Source: Yuukianura sp. NJ FZ-2021
Taxonomy: Eukaryota
Assembly: GCA_046563655.1 (NCBI GenBank)
Contig: CM102283.1
Coordinates: forward strand, 1,116,001 to 1,180,000
Length of the DNA: 64,000 nt
Direction: 5' to 3'
Below the pieces are notes generated by a model. The model searched no databases. It saw nothing but the letters and a program-made list of their open reading frames with translations, and was not told the origin of the DNA. Below, one piece after another: positions 25,437 to 39,765 of this stretch (its first letter is position 1; each line of letters opens with the position of its first letter). The translations under genes and the position numbers were made by a program.

Positions 25437-26148
25437 ATGTTCATCTATTTTCATTGTAAAGGCTCGTTGATTTTTTTTATTTCGAACTTTTAAATTTTGT
25501 GGCATCGTCATGAGGCAAACAATCTGCGCCCTCTAGCAAAAAATTGTAAGTCAGAAGCCATGCCAACCAGAATAAATGTTGTTCACAAACATTGTAGCAG
25601 CTAAACTTAACTTTTGGGCGGTTGCAGCCACTAATTTTGTCCCATTTCACCAAACTTTCGAACTTTACAAACTTTGGTATTATACACCGCTGATAACCTC
25701 AAAAATATTGATTGTAGCCAAGTTATCTTAAGAATATTGTGGCCTTCAAAAAATTCTTTGCAAATTCTGATCGAAGTAGTGGTTGCAACTTGCAGCCCGT
25801 TTCTACCTTCGTCAATGAATATGTTTTTACGTTGTTTAACATTAATTTTGAAACTTTCGTCTAAAAAAGTCATGTCGTCGCGACTGACAATCAACCATTT
25901 AAATGGAAAATACACTGATAAAACAGGAAATTCCCTAATATCTAATGCTTCTGATTGGTGGTTGTATCTAAGGTTTTGGTTCGGGGAATCATTTCTATGA
26001 CCTAACGTTTGGGTCCCTACAATGACTCTGAGGAATCTCACGAGTAATGGTGGTCGCAGACTGTTAAAAATCATTGTGCCGGTATCAACGAGTTCAAAAA
26101 GTCTTAAAAACGCCATAAGCAAACCTTAAAATAAAAATAGATGAACAT
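25437..26148. mobile_element. Non-autonomous TIR element (~710 bp) upstream of PKS copy 2
   Basis: Inverted termini atgttcatctatttt / aaaatagatgaacat flanked by TA. Absent from the homologous upstream regions of copies 1 and 3. Confidence 0.65.
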
Positions 26149-26615
26149 TAGTACCCGCAATAATTATTTTCCCTAGATTTTAGGAAATCCAGGATTATTA
26201 CAGAAATTATAATTCGCTGGTTTAGTTAATTTGGGAACTTTGTTCTTACAGAAACGGAAAGGCAAAATGATACAGTCATTAAAATTTTATTTGGACGTGA
26301 CCTATTTCTTTCAGGAAAATATAAAATATTTAAGGCAACATTTATTGCATACTATGAAAAGAGGAGTTCTTTTTGTAAAGTTAGGCATAATAATGGGCAT
26401 AATAAATTCTGCTAGGGAACTCACTGAAACTATTGATAACGTACATAATAATGCACCATATATAAATTTGGAAGCAGAACTCGGGCAGTCTACTGGAAGC
26501 AGTCTGTTATTCAATATCAAAGCGTTTTGGTTATTCTACTGAATTGCGACAAATCGTTGAACGTTAAGCTGCTGAAAAGCTTATTTTGATCAACTCATCT
26601 TCGAAGTGCAGCAAA

Positions 26616-29600
26616 ATGAAAGGTAACAACGACTTACAAATATTCCTAACAGAGTTAATATTTTCCAAAATATTTTGTATTTCCGAACCTTAATTTATAA
26701 ATACTTTGATGAAAGTTAAAGACGAATTTTAATTATTTTGTTAATTTAATTATGATATTATTTATTAATAAACAAATTCAGAACAATAGGGAAACAAGAT
26801 GCCGCTTCATTTTAATTTTTCAAAATATCCACACCAACCAACTGATTTGTTCCGATCGGGCTTTGTAAATAATTTGTTAACCAGCCCCACACTGTGTATT
26901 ATTAGAATAAACAGTATTATAGTTCACAAAGGGGACAAGAATGTTAACTTTGAAAAACAAAAAAGAGGAAAACGTTTCTGCAGTGTCTAGCTTTTCATGA
27001 ACAAGCCTGAACTAAAAGCTGCAAGAAGTCTCTAGGATGTCACGCTTTTAACTTGATCAAAGAGGAATGAGAAAGATAGTTTGAAATATTTCGAAGTCTT
27101 TCAACTTTTCATTTATATGCCTTAGGTTCGGAGTGCTGGGTGACCTTGGCTAGGTGCGATGAGGATGCATGGGCAGCGACGGTACTGGCAAGGTCAATTC
27201 GAAACACGCTTACGACACGGGCACTCACAATTGCTATTTCCGAAAATGTCTCGCAACCTATGAAGTAAAATTTTTGCTATTTATATAACTCGGTATATTT
27301 TACTTGATTCGGGTTAATTTATATACAAACTAGTTAAAAAACCAAAAAATGAATTCTAGGACTAGTGCTTACAAACAAATCAAAATGGACATAAAATGTT
27401 CTTTAAATACGCATTGGTGAGAAATGATAGAGGAATTATACACTAAACTGGTGGTTACAGTGACATGTCATGCCTGTTGTTTTAACTTTTTGTAATTTTA
27501 CAATTAGTAGATGTAGTACCTACAAGTACTTTTGGAGTAATACATTGTATCTGGAGGTGTAACTTAATTAATTTTCTATAGAGCTCTGTTACAACTGGAT
27601 TTTGATTCCGTCCTGAGATTTGAATCAAGCAAAGTAGGAGAGGTGGCAAGTGAAATTTTTTGGCTCTGGAACTTGCAAAGTTGGGGAAAATGTGTCTACA
27701 TCAACCCATATTCTTTCGTAAGTGTTATATTTTTATGTAATAACTGCTTATTTTATGTTTTTAGCACAGTTATGTACTCAGGCTTACCATCTAAATAAAA
27801 AGTCATATTGTGGAATAGGACTGGTAGAAGATTCAACATTTTTCTTAGTACTTCAAATATTACAATGCATTTTAATTTCTATTCTGGCGTAGGTAAGCAA
27901 GCATTCCGATGAACTCTTTGAAATGCCAACTTTTTCGGCAGTGGTAACCGGGAACAAAGCGTCGAAATTTGTGACGGATATCTTTGTCTTCACACCAAGT
28001 ACTCGTGAATTCGACGCCTTTGTGGACATGAACAATTCTGACGGTAAAAAATGTAAAAAATTCTGAAGAAACGTATAGAGAAAAGAGTTTTACTTGAGTT
28101 AATTACCGTAAGCAGAAGCTAACCAGAGCATCATTTAACTAAATTTAGTTGATGTGATACTCAACACTCGCTACAAGCATTTGCTTTCAAATTTGAGACA
28201 TCACATTCCACCGTCATTTTCGCTGAGCTTGAAAGAGGTCTTCAACAATCCAAGGTACGATGGAATTATATTTTCTTACATGTTGGTACTTATATGTTTA
28301 AATGGTTGTATAAATAAAGAAACCTTTATAATAAAAACTATTATACAGTCTTACGGGAGCGAATGTCATCATTTTGGGCGACCTTTTACGGAAGAAATGC
28401 TGGAACAATCATGAAGTTCTTGATAAATGGAAAGCCACTTTTGTACATGAAGTGATTCCTCAAATCAAACAACTGAAGGTAACAAATAATAAAAACACTC
28501 AATTTTTTAGTATACCGAACTCACTGGAAAATGTAATTCGGGGATGTTGGTATGCTTCCACCATAATTTCTGTCAATGGACAGTCAGACAGACAAGGTCG
28601 ATACGTAAAGTAGTATTTGCTAGTTAGAAACTACAAATATTTTTTAGCCTGAATGAATATTTAATTAAATCAACAGAATCAAAGTCATGTAAAGACACTG
28701 CTCAAGTCTCTCCAGGAAAATCAACTTCCAGTTGCTATTGCTAATGGTCTGGCGTCTACTCAAACACCAAATTTAAACAGCTTTGGGTACTTGGAAAACT
28801 CAGTTGCAGTAGTCGGCATGAGCTGCCGATTTCCTGGTGCAAACAACGCAGATGAATTTTGGGATTTACTCGTCAGTGGAAGAGATCCAGTTCGAAAGTA
28901 TCCGGTAGATCGTCCTCGTCCACCCAATTACACTCTGGAAAACGAAAAGTCATTTGAGGCAGGATTTTTAAAATGTTCAGTTGATGAGTTTGATGCCAAA
29001 TTTTTTGGAATTAGTCCCAGAGAAGCTCCTTTTGTGGACCCGCAACAACGTCTTTTGTTGGAAGTTATTTGGGAAAGTCTGGAAAATGCGAACATAAATC
29101 CACTGGGCTTGCGTGAAAGCAACACTGGAGTGTTTGTTGGGGTTTGGCAACAAGAGTATGATCGACAGTTTCCAGATACAACATTCAATGCTGATGAATA
29201 TCATCATCGATACTTGGGAAACGCTTTCAGTGCTACTGCTTCTCGAATTTCACATTTTCTTGGACTCTTTGGACCAAACTACGCCATCGAGTATAAAATT
29301 AATTTCCAATAACAAAATTTGAAACTTTGTATTAACTTTGATTTTTCTTTTGTAGAAGCGGTTGTTCAAGTAGTTCTAGTGCCGTCCATCTTGCCTGCCA
29401 GAGTCTGCGCAGAGGTGAAAGCACGGTTGCAATCGCCAGTGGCGTAAACCTTGTACTCCATTTTGTCAACCCCTTGCTGGCGACGACTCGGATGCTTTTG
29501 TGCTTTCTAGTGATTTTAGGTGCAAGACGTTTGATGAGAGGTAACAAATCCAAATATAAATTAGATATAAGTTTGGATGGTTTTACCAAAACCGTTGTAC

Positions 29601-32600
29601 TGGAATGTTGATGAATAAGTAGCGAAAGATGAACCGCAGTACACCGTGCAGTAACGTAGTGCAGTTTACACAAACACAGCACTGTGTAACCGCCAAGAAA
29701 TAAAGATTTTCATTATTAAAGAGATGATTTCGAAATAATTGCCGCTGATTTTCCAGACAGACAAAACAAGCGGACCAGAAAGCCTCGAAAAAAAACAACA
29801 TTTCAAAAACTCATTTCATTAAAGTAGAAATTTTTGTATTTCTTTGTTTCAGAGCTAATGGGTTTGTACGTGCAGAGGGTTGTGGCGCCGTCGTACTGAA
29901 ACCGTTTATGAATGCCGTACGTGATGGTGACAATATCATTGGCTTAATCCGGGGAACAGCGTTGAATAATGATGGTCCAGCTACAAGTTTCGGGACTCCA
30001 AATGCGAAAGCGCAAGAACGTGTTTTCCGAGACGCTTTGAACGACGCGGGGGTAGCACCTTACGAAGTTAGCTTGGTAGAAGCTCACGGAACAGGAACAA
30101 TTGTTGGAGGTGAAATTGAACTTTTCTGAAATTTATATTGTAAATTGTAAATAAATGATCCAATTTCAAAAATATCTCAGACCCAACTGAAATGTATGCC
30201 ATCGGCCAAGTTTACGCAGAGGGCCGAAGTGAGCCCCTCTTGGTTAGCTCAGTGAAGACAAACATTGGGCACGCAGAGGCATGCGCAGGAATGGCTGGAC
30301 TAATCAAAATTCTGCTTTGCCTCAAGCACAACAAAGTGCCACCACATCTTCATCTTCAAAAATTGAATCCCAGGATTAACTTGGAAAACATTCCTGCAGT
30401 AATTCCGGTCAAGGTTACTGATTGGATTGCAGAAAAAAGAATTGCAGCAGTTAGCTCATTCAGCATGAGCGGAACCAATGTACATCTCATTGTTCAGGAA
30501 ACTCCACACGTATTTACTTACAACGCCAAAACACCTACAGAACGCAACTTAAAGCCGTTGGAGATGATTGGAATTTGTGCCAAATCGGAAGAAGCTCTGG
30601 AAGCACTTTGTCAAAAGCACATTGCCCACTTGGAAGCAAATCCGAACCTTAATATCAGCGACATCGCTTGTACTCTGAACACCAGCAGAGCAACAATGCC
30701 TCATCGTATTGCTCTTGTTGCCAAGGATACAGCACAACTCGTTGCGAAACTACAGAGCAGGTCGTACGTAAATGGAAAAGCTGCGACACAAAAACCAAAA
30801 GTAGTTTTTTTATTTACAGGTCAAGGGTCGCAATATTTTGGCATGAGCAAAAGTTTATATGAAACTTCATCTATATTCAGAAGTGCTTTGAACAAATGCG
30901 ACACAATTTTCAAATCACACTTAAACTGTTCCCTAAAAAAAGTTCTCTGGGAAAATGATGCTATGTTGCAGGAAACAATTTATTGTCAACCGGCAATATT
31001 TTCAGTAGAGTTCTCCCTTGTCCAGCTTTGGAATTCATTTGGAATTTATCCTGACTTTGTCCTTGGACACAGCGTTGGTGAGTTCTGCGCCGCAGTGTGC
31101 GCAGGTCTGCTGTCATTGGAGGACGCAATGGCACTAGTTATTGGCAGAAGCAGACTTGTGGATTCACTTGAAGGTGGCAAAATGATGGTAGTCAAAGGTT
31201 CTCCAGCCGAAACGTGTCGCCTGATTCAAGCATTTGCTGCTCAATCGAGTAACCGTTGGATAGATGTCGCTGCTGAAAATGCAATGGAGGAAGTTGTAGT
31301 TTCAGGAACAAAGGAAAACGTTGAAGAATTTGCTTCGTTCTGTACATCGCGTGGACTCAAAACACAAGTCATCAGCGCTTCACATGCCTTTCATTCTCGT
31401 GAAATGGACCCAGTTTTGAATGAATTTGGCCAAATAGCATCACAAATATCGCAGGGAAGTCTCACTTGTCGCTATATCTCTGGAACTTTGGCACGAGAAC
31501 TGAATGAAATCGACTTTGATTGCTCTTATTGGGTGAGACACCTTCGAGACACTGTGAGGTTCTACGACGCCGTGAATCACGTTAATCGATTAACTGAAGA
31601 ACCGAAAGTTTTGTTGAAATCGGAAGTCAACCGACTCTATTGAGCTTGACGATGGCCAATCTACCTAACACTTCAACTGGAACATTCTGTCCTTCACTGC
31701 GCAAAAGTGAAGAGGACCTGATGTGTATTTTGAGCTCTTTATCCAAAATGTTTGTGGCTGGCGTAGACATAACCTGGGATAAATGGTATTCAGGAGCCAG
31801 AAAACTTTCCTTGCCGACTTATCCGTTTCAGCGCCAAAAATTTTGGATTCGAAATGAAGACGACGGAATTCCACTTTCTCCTATACTTCATCCGCTTCTT
31901 GGGCGCCACGTACCATCTCCCGTATCTGATCAGGTCTATGCGCAAGTATTGTCAGCAAAAGAGTTAAAGTACGCAAGTGATCATCGCGTAGCAGAAAAAA
32001 TTATTCTGCCAGCCGCCGCTTACCTTGAAACAATCATGGCCGCCGGTTGTCAAGTTTTGCAGGGTGGAAAAGTCCATGTGCCATTCACAGTTGAAAATCT
32101 GCAAGTCGAAGCTCCGTTGGAACTCACTAAATCCTGCCAAGTTCAGACCATTGTGCGCAGCCTCGGTGAGCAAGATGACTTCAAATTTGAAATTGGGATC
32201 CACAAACAACTTTCCCGCGAAAATTTAGACAAATGGAAAAGATACGCTGTTGCCATATTTGGGCCCAGCTTGGATGTAGCCACCAATTCTATAATGGAAA
32301 TTCAAGCAATTCAAGGACGCATGACCCCGACGGAATCAGTTGCCGAAGCATATGAAGGAATTGCAAAAGCTGGAATCCAGTTTGGACCAAAATTTCAGTC
32401 AATCGTTCAAGCATGGAAGGGTGACACGGAACTACTAACTGAGATCCAACTCCCAAACGATTCGCACTCATACATTTGTCATCCAATTGTTCTGGACGCG
32501 ATGATTCAAACATTTGCACTTCGTACGGCCTTGCTTTCTACTGAAAAACCAGAACTCCAACTTCAACTTCCAGTGAGCATCAAAAAGTTTACTTGGTTTT

Positions 32601-35600
32601 CACGTGAACCTTCACAAAAAGTCTATGCCTATAGTACTTGGAACGCCGATGCGCAAACTCAGGGAACTGTTTGTCTACTGTCTGAAGCTGGGGAAACACT
32701 AGGTGTCATGGAGGGCCTCGAACTAGTTGTTACCACGGTAGCCAACTTCCTCCGTGTGTTGAACACTGAATCCAATTTATTACCCGGATTTATTGAAGAA
32801 GTTTGCCGTCCCACTAGCGGTATTACACGAAACAGACTTGGTCCATTGAAATTTCAGCTCCGCCAATCAAAACATACTGAAGCAACAATGGAATTCATTA
32901 ATTCCGAAATAGAACCACATCATGAGCAGGCTGTGGTGATTTTAAACAACGTAGGTGTTTGTGTTCTACTTCGCGCAATCATTGAATGTCATTGGCCTTG
33001 GCCAAGTGTAGGTCAAACAATTAAAACTGATGACTGGGCTTCTGTGGCTCCGCCTGGCTTGCTGATTGCCAAAACACCGAAACTGATGGAAATTCTGGAA
33101 ATCCATAATTTTATGCAAAGAGTTGACCAAAACACGTTTGAAATTCTTAAAGAAATACCTTCCTTGAAAGAACTGGAAGACAGAGTTGAGTTGGGATTCA
33201 AAACGGACTCAAAATTGCTGCAAGAAAGTGCATTCGGTTATCATTTTGCCAAAAGAATTGAACGGAATTTTACAGCCGTTCTATCGGGATCCATTTCTCC
33301 AGTCCAGTACTTGTTTTCGGAAGATACAACTGATGTCACAGGAGCTACATTTCATGCTGAAGGTTAGTAATGAAATATAATATAAAGTATGAGTTTCACA
33401 ACATTTGTAGAAAGTGCAGAATATAATAAGTCCCGCTTCTTTTTATCCCCTGCCACCCGTTTTTTACGGTTCCGGCGATTGGTTGATTTCAAATCTGTGA
33501 CGTCACCTTCCAAACTGTTTTCATTTATGAAACCAATGTTCCGTGTTTATAAATTTTGTGAATTCAAAGAGTTTGAGAAGAGACTTCATAAATTCAATAC
33601 TTTCTCTAACTTATTCAGTAACGCAGATCCTCTAATATAATTAATGTATTTAGTTTAACTATTTTATTTCTTATTGAAACAGCATTTGGAGCTCGTGAAG
33701 GGGCTGAACTAGCGGCTAGCCAGTTGGTTGATTTTGTCTCTTCTGATCAAAAGAGTTCGAGCTCAGGAGTGCTAAAGATACTGGAAGTTGGAGGCGGTTC
33801 TGGGGCAACGTGTGGATTTGTGATCGATAAATTGCAGCAAGAAAACATTCCGTTTCTGTACACGTTTACAGACATTTCACCACTATTTCTGCATGAAGCA
33901 AGCAAAAAGTTCACAAAGGGAGTGTCTTTTGCGGTTTTCAACATTGAAAACGATCCGATTGGTCAAGGATTTTGTCCAGAAGAGTTTGACGTCATCATTG
34001 CAACTAACGTGATTCATGCAACGGCCGACATTAGACAAACCCTGCGAAATTTGAATCTCGTACTCCGTAACAACGGACTTCTTATTATCGCCGAAACATT
34101 TAAAGCACCAGATTATCTGGTTCTCACATTTGGATTTTTGGATGGATGGTGGCGATTTGCCGACGACCGAAAAGATTCTCCACTGTGTACTGCAGACCGT
34201 TGGAAATTGGCATTTGAGAAAGAAGGATTTGGTGAAATAGAAACCAAACATATACTTGGTGTATATTGCGGAACTGTAATTGGACGTAAAATAGAAAACG
34301 CAAGACAAGAAGCAGCTGATTCAAACTCGTGGCTTTTTGTATCAGATGAATCCGAACTAGAAAAAATTTTAAAACAAAAAATGAAACTAGCTGGACGGAA
34401 ATGTTTAGAATTTTCGGAAGATGTTCCTCAAGGCCTTGAGGGAGTCATGTTTCTCTGGACTTCTCCGACAGTTTACGAAGAAAATCAGTTGAAATGTCAG
34501 CAACTGCTTTATTTTTGTCAAAAATTTGTATCGGCATATCAAGATTCCAAAACTAAACCCAAATTCATTTTGGTGACACGCGGTGTTTACTACTTGGGAG
34601 ATGCAGGACCCGGGAATCCAAATTCAGCAACAAGTACATCTTTTGTTCGAACATTTGCACACGAACACCAAGACTTCCATATAGCTTCAGTTGATCTTGA
34701 CCAAGATGAGAAGAATCCAGAACGAGAAGCAACCGAATTATTTGCAACGGTTTGTTCCAAGGAAAAGGAAATGTTCAAAGCCATTCGAGAAGACAAAGTT
34801 TTTATGCAACGACTTGTTGCTTTGAATAACAAAAACTTGGCACTTCCTCTGCCAAATTCAAATAGATTCAAAATCGTCAACCCAGCAACCAAAAGTTTAA
34901 ACGATTTGCAAATTTCGGTTGCCCCAAAACTTGAACCAGTGGAGGACGAAGTTGAAGTTGCAATTCGTGCAACGGCGCTTAACTTTCGTGATCTCTTTGT
35001 TATCTTGCGTCCGGAAGGATTTGATCTTCCAGAAAATATGACAACAGAACCGGGTTTGGACATAGCTGGAATTGTGTCAGCGGTTGGACCAAAATGTTCC
35101 AAATTTCAAATCGGAGACGAAGTATTTGGATATGTTTCAGGCGGAGGGTTGGCATCGCATGTTATCGCGTCTTCACAAAAGTTAATTCGGAAGCCACTGG
35201 AAATGACCTTCCCATCCGCAGCAACAATTCCTGTAGCATTTCTTACGGTTTACTATTCCTTTCATGAGTGCGCAAAACTTTCTTCTGGAGACAGAGTTCT
35301 GATTCATGTAGCCACAGGCGGAGTGGGTCTCGCTGCAATTCAAATGGCAAATTATGTTGGCGCTGAAATTTTTGCAACGGCTGGAAGTAACAGGAAAAGA
35401 GCATATCTAAGATCAATCGGAATCAAACATGTCTACCACTCCAGGAATACTGATTTTGGTGATGAAATTTTGAAAGACACCGACGGAACAGGAGTGAACG
35501 TTGTATTAAATTCTTTGACTGGACCAAATTTTAAAGAAGCTTCACTCAAAGCTTGTGCTCAAGGTGGCAGGTTTGTGGAAATTGGGAAAATTAATATTTT

Positions 35601-38600
35601 CACGGAAGAAGAAGTGAAGAGTCTGCGTCCTGATGTTAAATATTTCATAATAGAACTTGCAAATACAAATATAGAAGCACCAGAAGAAGCAAATCGAATC
35701 ACTTTAGCAATGGAAAAAGGAATTTGAAAAAGGCATGTACAAAGGACTTCCGCATGACACTTTTTCTCTGGACATGATTCGAGAAGCATTTTTCTACTTT
35801 CAAGAAGCAAAACACATTGGAAAAATTGTTGTCACAATTCCAGAACCGAAGGTTTCTCCTGACGGGAAAATTTATTTTCAAAATAATCTTTTCAATTCAC
35901 AAAGTACTTATCTCATTACTGGAGGTTTGGGTGGCATCGGAATTGAAGTTGCGAAATGGATGACCAAACTGGGAGCACAAAACATTGTTGTCGTTGGACG
36001 AAATCCACCAAGTAATAGCTCTCAAGACGTTTTGAATCAGTTGAATGGTGCTAGATGCCGTGTTTTAGCTGTACAGGCTGACATTAGTGTGTACGAGGAG
36101 TGCGAAGCGATGCTGCAAGCGATTGTGGATTTGAATTTTCCACCACTTCGTGGTATAATGCATGCAGCAGGAGTAATATCAGATGGAATTGTGATGAACC
36201 AATCGTGGGATAGGTTCGAAGCTGTTTTTGCACCAAAAGTCAGAGGCACATGGAACTTACACAAATTGACTACTGGATACGACCTTGAATTTTTTACAAT
36301 GTTTTCAAGCATGGTGGCAATTCTTGGACTTCCTGGACAAAGTAACCATGCAGCAGCAAATAGATTTTTGGACTCGTTTACACACTACAGAAATTCCATT
36401 GGACTTCCTGCAAACAGCATAAATTTTGGTCCATGGTCAGACGTGAGTGTAATTTGGTTTGTATGTAAACAGCTATGCAGTTTTTTACCCCTTATTGCAA
36501 CTGGTTCCTTGTCACCGTTCCGAATGAATTGCCGCGAATCCAATCGCTGCGAAAGGTACATGTTTACTAACCCAACGAACCCAACGTTGTGAATTATAAC
36601 TCAACCAGGTATAATCTTATCCTTCTGTCTTCCAAACCTAACCTTTCGATTTATGACCTTAGTATCTCCGTAATGCTAAGAATATTGTAGTTTATTTAGC
36701 TTTGCAGCAACTTGTTTCTCAGAGCCATTATTTTTGTGGCAATTTATTCGGAACAATTGGGTGCTTCCGTTGTAAACCTGCTTAAATTTTATTTTTTAAC
36801 GACAAGAACAGGAAAAGTAGGACTAAAAAGTTGTTTTTGATTTCGTAGATCGGAGTTGCAGCAAATCTTAAAGCAGCGGAGAGTGGTGTACTTGGTGTAC
36901 ACTACTTTACTCCATCACAAGGGCTGAATTCAATTGAAAGAATTCTTCGAACACAACGTCGTCATGTAATGGTGGCGGAAATCTGTGATTCGAACAGCCT
37001 CAGACAACTTTGCGGTTTGGGAAACTATTTTAACGAAATGAAACTGCATGTCACTCAAAGCGGAATTGGATTGGAGGCATACAAAGCCATTATTGACGAC
37101 ATTAAAAATTCAAGTCCAGAAGCACGCCAAGAAAAAATTGAAAACTTTTTGGAAAAAGCAATCAAAGAAACATTACGAATTCCGGGAAATGAACAGTTGG
37201 ATCGAGACCAAAATTTTTCTGAAATCGGAGTCGACTCACTCATGGCAATGGAATTGCGCAATCGCCTTCAAGGAATGCTGGGAGACAAGCAGTTGACTGT
37301 AAGTGCTCTGCAGGAAAACCGAACCATACGAACCTTATCGGCCCACATGGCACATCTTATGAACCACGATGCATTTGTTGTATCGGTTGAAGATTTGGTG
37401 GCGAAAGATGTAATTTTGGATCCTGAGATCCATCCCACGTCAAAACCAGCTTCAAAACCAAGTGAATTCAAAGAGATTTTGTTAACTGGAGCCACAGGTC
37501 ATTTGGGAGTCAATCTCATCCCGATGTTGCAAAATGAAAATCCAAATTTAACAGTTCATTGCATTGTGCGCGGCAAGAATTTAGAGGAAGTGGAAGGGCG
37601 CTTGAAGGAAACTCTTCAATTGTATTCTTTGCTTGAAAAAGTCAATTTTCAAAAAATTCGAGTTTTTGCTGGAGATTTATCCAAAACCAGTTTCAATTTA
37701 CCTGTAGAAGAATACAAAGAATTGGCAGAGAACATTGACGCCGTCCTACACTGTGCTGTTAAATCAAACCATTTAGAGGAGTATAACTCATTAGGTGAAG
37801 GCAGTTTGCGCAGTAACAATGTTGGGGCTACCGTCAACATTTTACGTTTTGCTTGTACAGGAAATACTAAACCTGTTCTCTATGCGTCGTCGTTGCTAGC
37901 GGCGACTAGTGTAGCGGACGACGGCTCTTTGGTAGAAGATTTTCCTACCGTTGGTGACGTTGGGTCGTCCATTAAAAATGGTTACATGCTGTCGAAATGT
38001 GTTTCCGAATCTCTGATGTCGCAAGCAAATGAACGTGGAATTCCAGTAACAGTCATACGGTACGCAAGTATTTTTGGAAATAGTTTAACCGGATTTGTTC
38101 CAACGGAGAAAAATCATGTGTGGGGAATCCTCTCTTCTTGCATTCGAGTGAGGAAGTTTCCTAGCATGGGTCAAAACGGTATTCCATTTATGGCGGTTGA
38201 CACTGCGGCGCAAGTCACTGCGCAGATCTTCTTGCGAGATTCGATGGAGACTGGAGTCTACAACTTGACAAGTTCATCAGCAATATCCGAAGAGGGTATT
38301 GCATCTGTGTTTTCAAAATATGGAATTGAAGGGGAATTTGTACCACTATCGGAATGGCGGGATTTAGTTTTTGAAGAACTTGACAAGAATGAGCTTGGTC
38401 CATTTGTTAGCCTTTATGGAGACGATGAGAAGACGCAGACGCTCAGCTACCTTGGAATTCATCCTCTGGCAAACCAAGTTTCTGCTCTAAAGTTTAATTC
38501 TGTCAGTGGCAAAGTACGCCGAAACTGTCCAGATTTTGAGAAAAGTATTGTTCCAATTGGCAAGCTTTTAGGGCAACATCTTGAGTACTATTATGACCTG

Positions 38601-38615
38601 TCACGTAAGAAATAA
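26616..38615 (+). CDS. GT8(glycogenin-like)-KS-AT-DH-cMT-ER-KR-ACP-R polyketide synthase, copy 2, with three 1-bp homopolymer indels. Exons 26616-26622, 27126-27264, 27582-27717, 27893-28043, 28149-28254, 28349-28478, 28677-29290, 29356-29540, 29853-30109, 30181-33362, 33683-36442, 36849-38615
   Basis: Same exon structure and motifs as copy 1. Frameshifts at ~29470 (C run), ~31610 (T run) and ~35715 (A run). Functional status uncertain. Confidence 0.8.
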
Positions 38616-39000
38616 CGCGAGTTCCCAATGTTTCATTTGAAAAATTACTTCGTTTCTAGATTTAAGTTTTGGTTTCTTAGGTATGGAACTTTACGTGGAT
38701 CATTTTTCGTTCGAATATCAAAATTCCCCATGCTTGAGTATTTTCTAGCCTAAACCTAAATTTCAAAATTTGTTTTAACCTCGTATTGTCGAACTTCATT
38801 AAAAATTATTTGCTCTTCATGCTCATCAAACTAGGAAAATAAAAGTGATACAAATAAAATTTGAATTCGTCTACAGTTAATCAAATCCATTGTTAATTGT
38901 CTCAAGTTTTTTCGACCTTTAAAATAACATTCGTGCATGGCTTCACTAATCTTTTACTTTTGCTTTTATCTCAACGACAAATATAGGAAAGTGCTTTATT

Positions 39001-39479
39001 AAGTATCGTCAGATACTTATAGGGATCGTATTGGCCGTCTGTCCGTCCGTCCGTCTGTAATGCTTATAACTCGATAACCACTACACTGATTTCTAAGGAG
39101 TTGTCTTTAACCAGTAACTGTTGACCTGAGGACCATAAATCAGTTTTTGGATTCACCTCAAATAACCCCCAATAGTGTCAAAGGTCAAGGTTATGCTCCC
39201 CCTAGAATACGCAGAAGGATTCCATCCTTTATGCTATTTTGATGACCTCGAGTGACCTCTAACAGGCTCAGAGCTCAAAGTCATTGTTTTCTCTACATTT
39301 TGGAAACAGGTGGACCGATTCGACATTCAGTGGTTGCGGGAATGGATCTTTCACTGAGGATTATGAGTCCGACCGTTGTTTGACCTTAACCTCTAATAAT
39401 ATCAGGTTCAACAATATCATGCGCGGTGCCTGTGTATAATTGATCTGACGATACTTATTTACATCGTCTTTGCAAGAAG
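39001..39479 (+). mobile_element. DINE-1/HINE (Helentron-associated)-like element
   Basis: Subterminal inverted repeat aagtatcgtcag / ctgacgatactt, a (GTCC)n microsatellite near the 5' end, and insertion into a T-rich site. Absent from the equivalent junction at ~24120. Confidence 0.7.
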
Positions 39480-39519
39480 TTTATTTTTGTTTAAGATGAT
39501 TCTTTACCATATGATCATT

Positions 39520-39765
39520 TAGGTTACACTTCAGCAGTTATCATACCGTCTCACTGCATTTACGACCCTTTTCATTTACCCGGAAATACATAGTGGAATG
39601 GTTGGGGTCGGCAGTATGCTTTTTCGTATTTGGCGGCTCGGGAGTCCAAGCGACGATTTGCATTTATTTTTAAGCTTCAGAGACGAAACAAAAGACTTTG
39701 GCAGAAATACAGAAACAGTAAACCAAGTTTCCATCCAGATTCGTCGTTGCATCAATGTGTTTAGA
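39520..39765 (+). pseudogene. Second degenerate duplicate of the sugar transporter's last exon
   Basis: ggttacacttcagca...gtggaatggttggggtcggcagtatgc...gcatcaatgtgtttag matches 7761-8006 with frameshifts. Confidence 0.8.

Noticed and set aside
25631-26122. 163-aa (-) and 108-aa (+) ORFs as a transposase or host gene
   Set aside because: They lie inside a TIR element and show no recognisable DDE or other motif.
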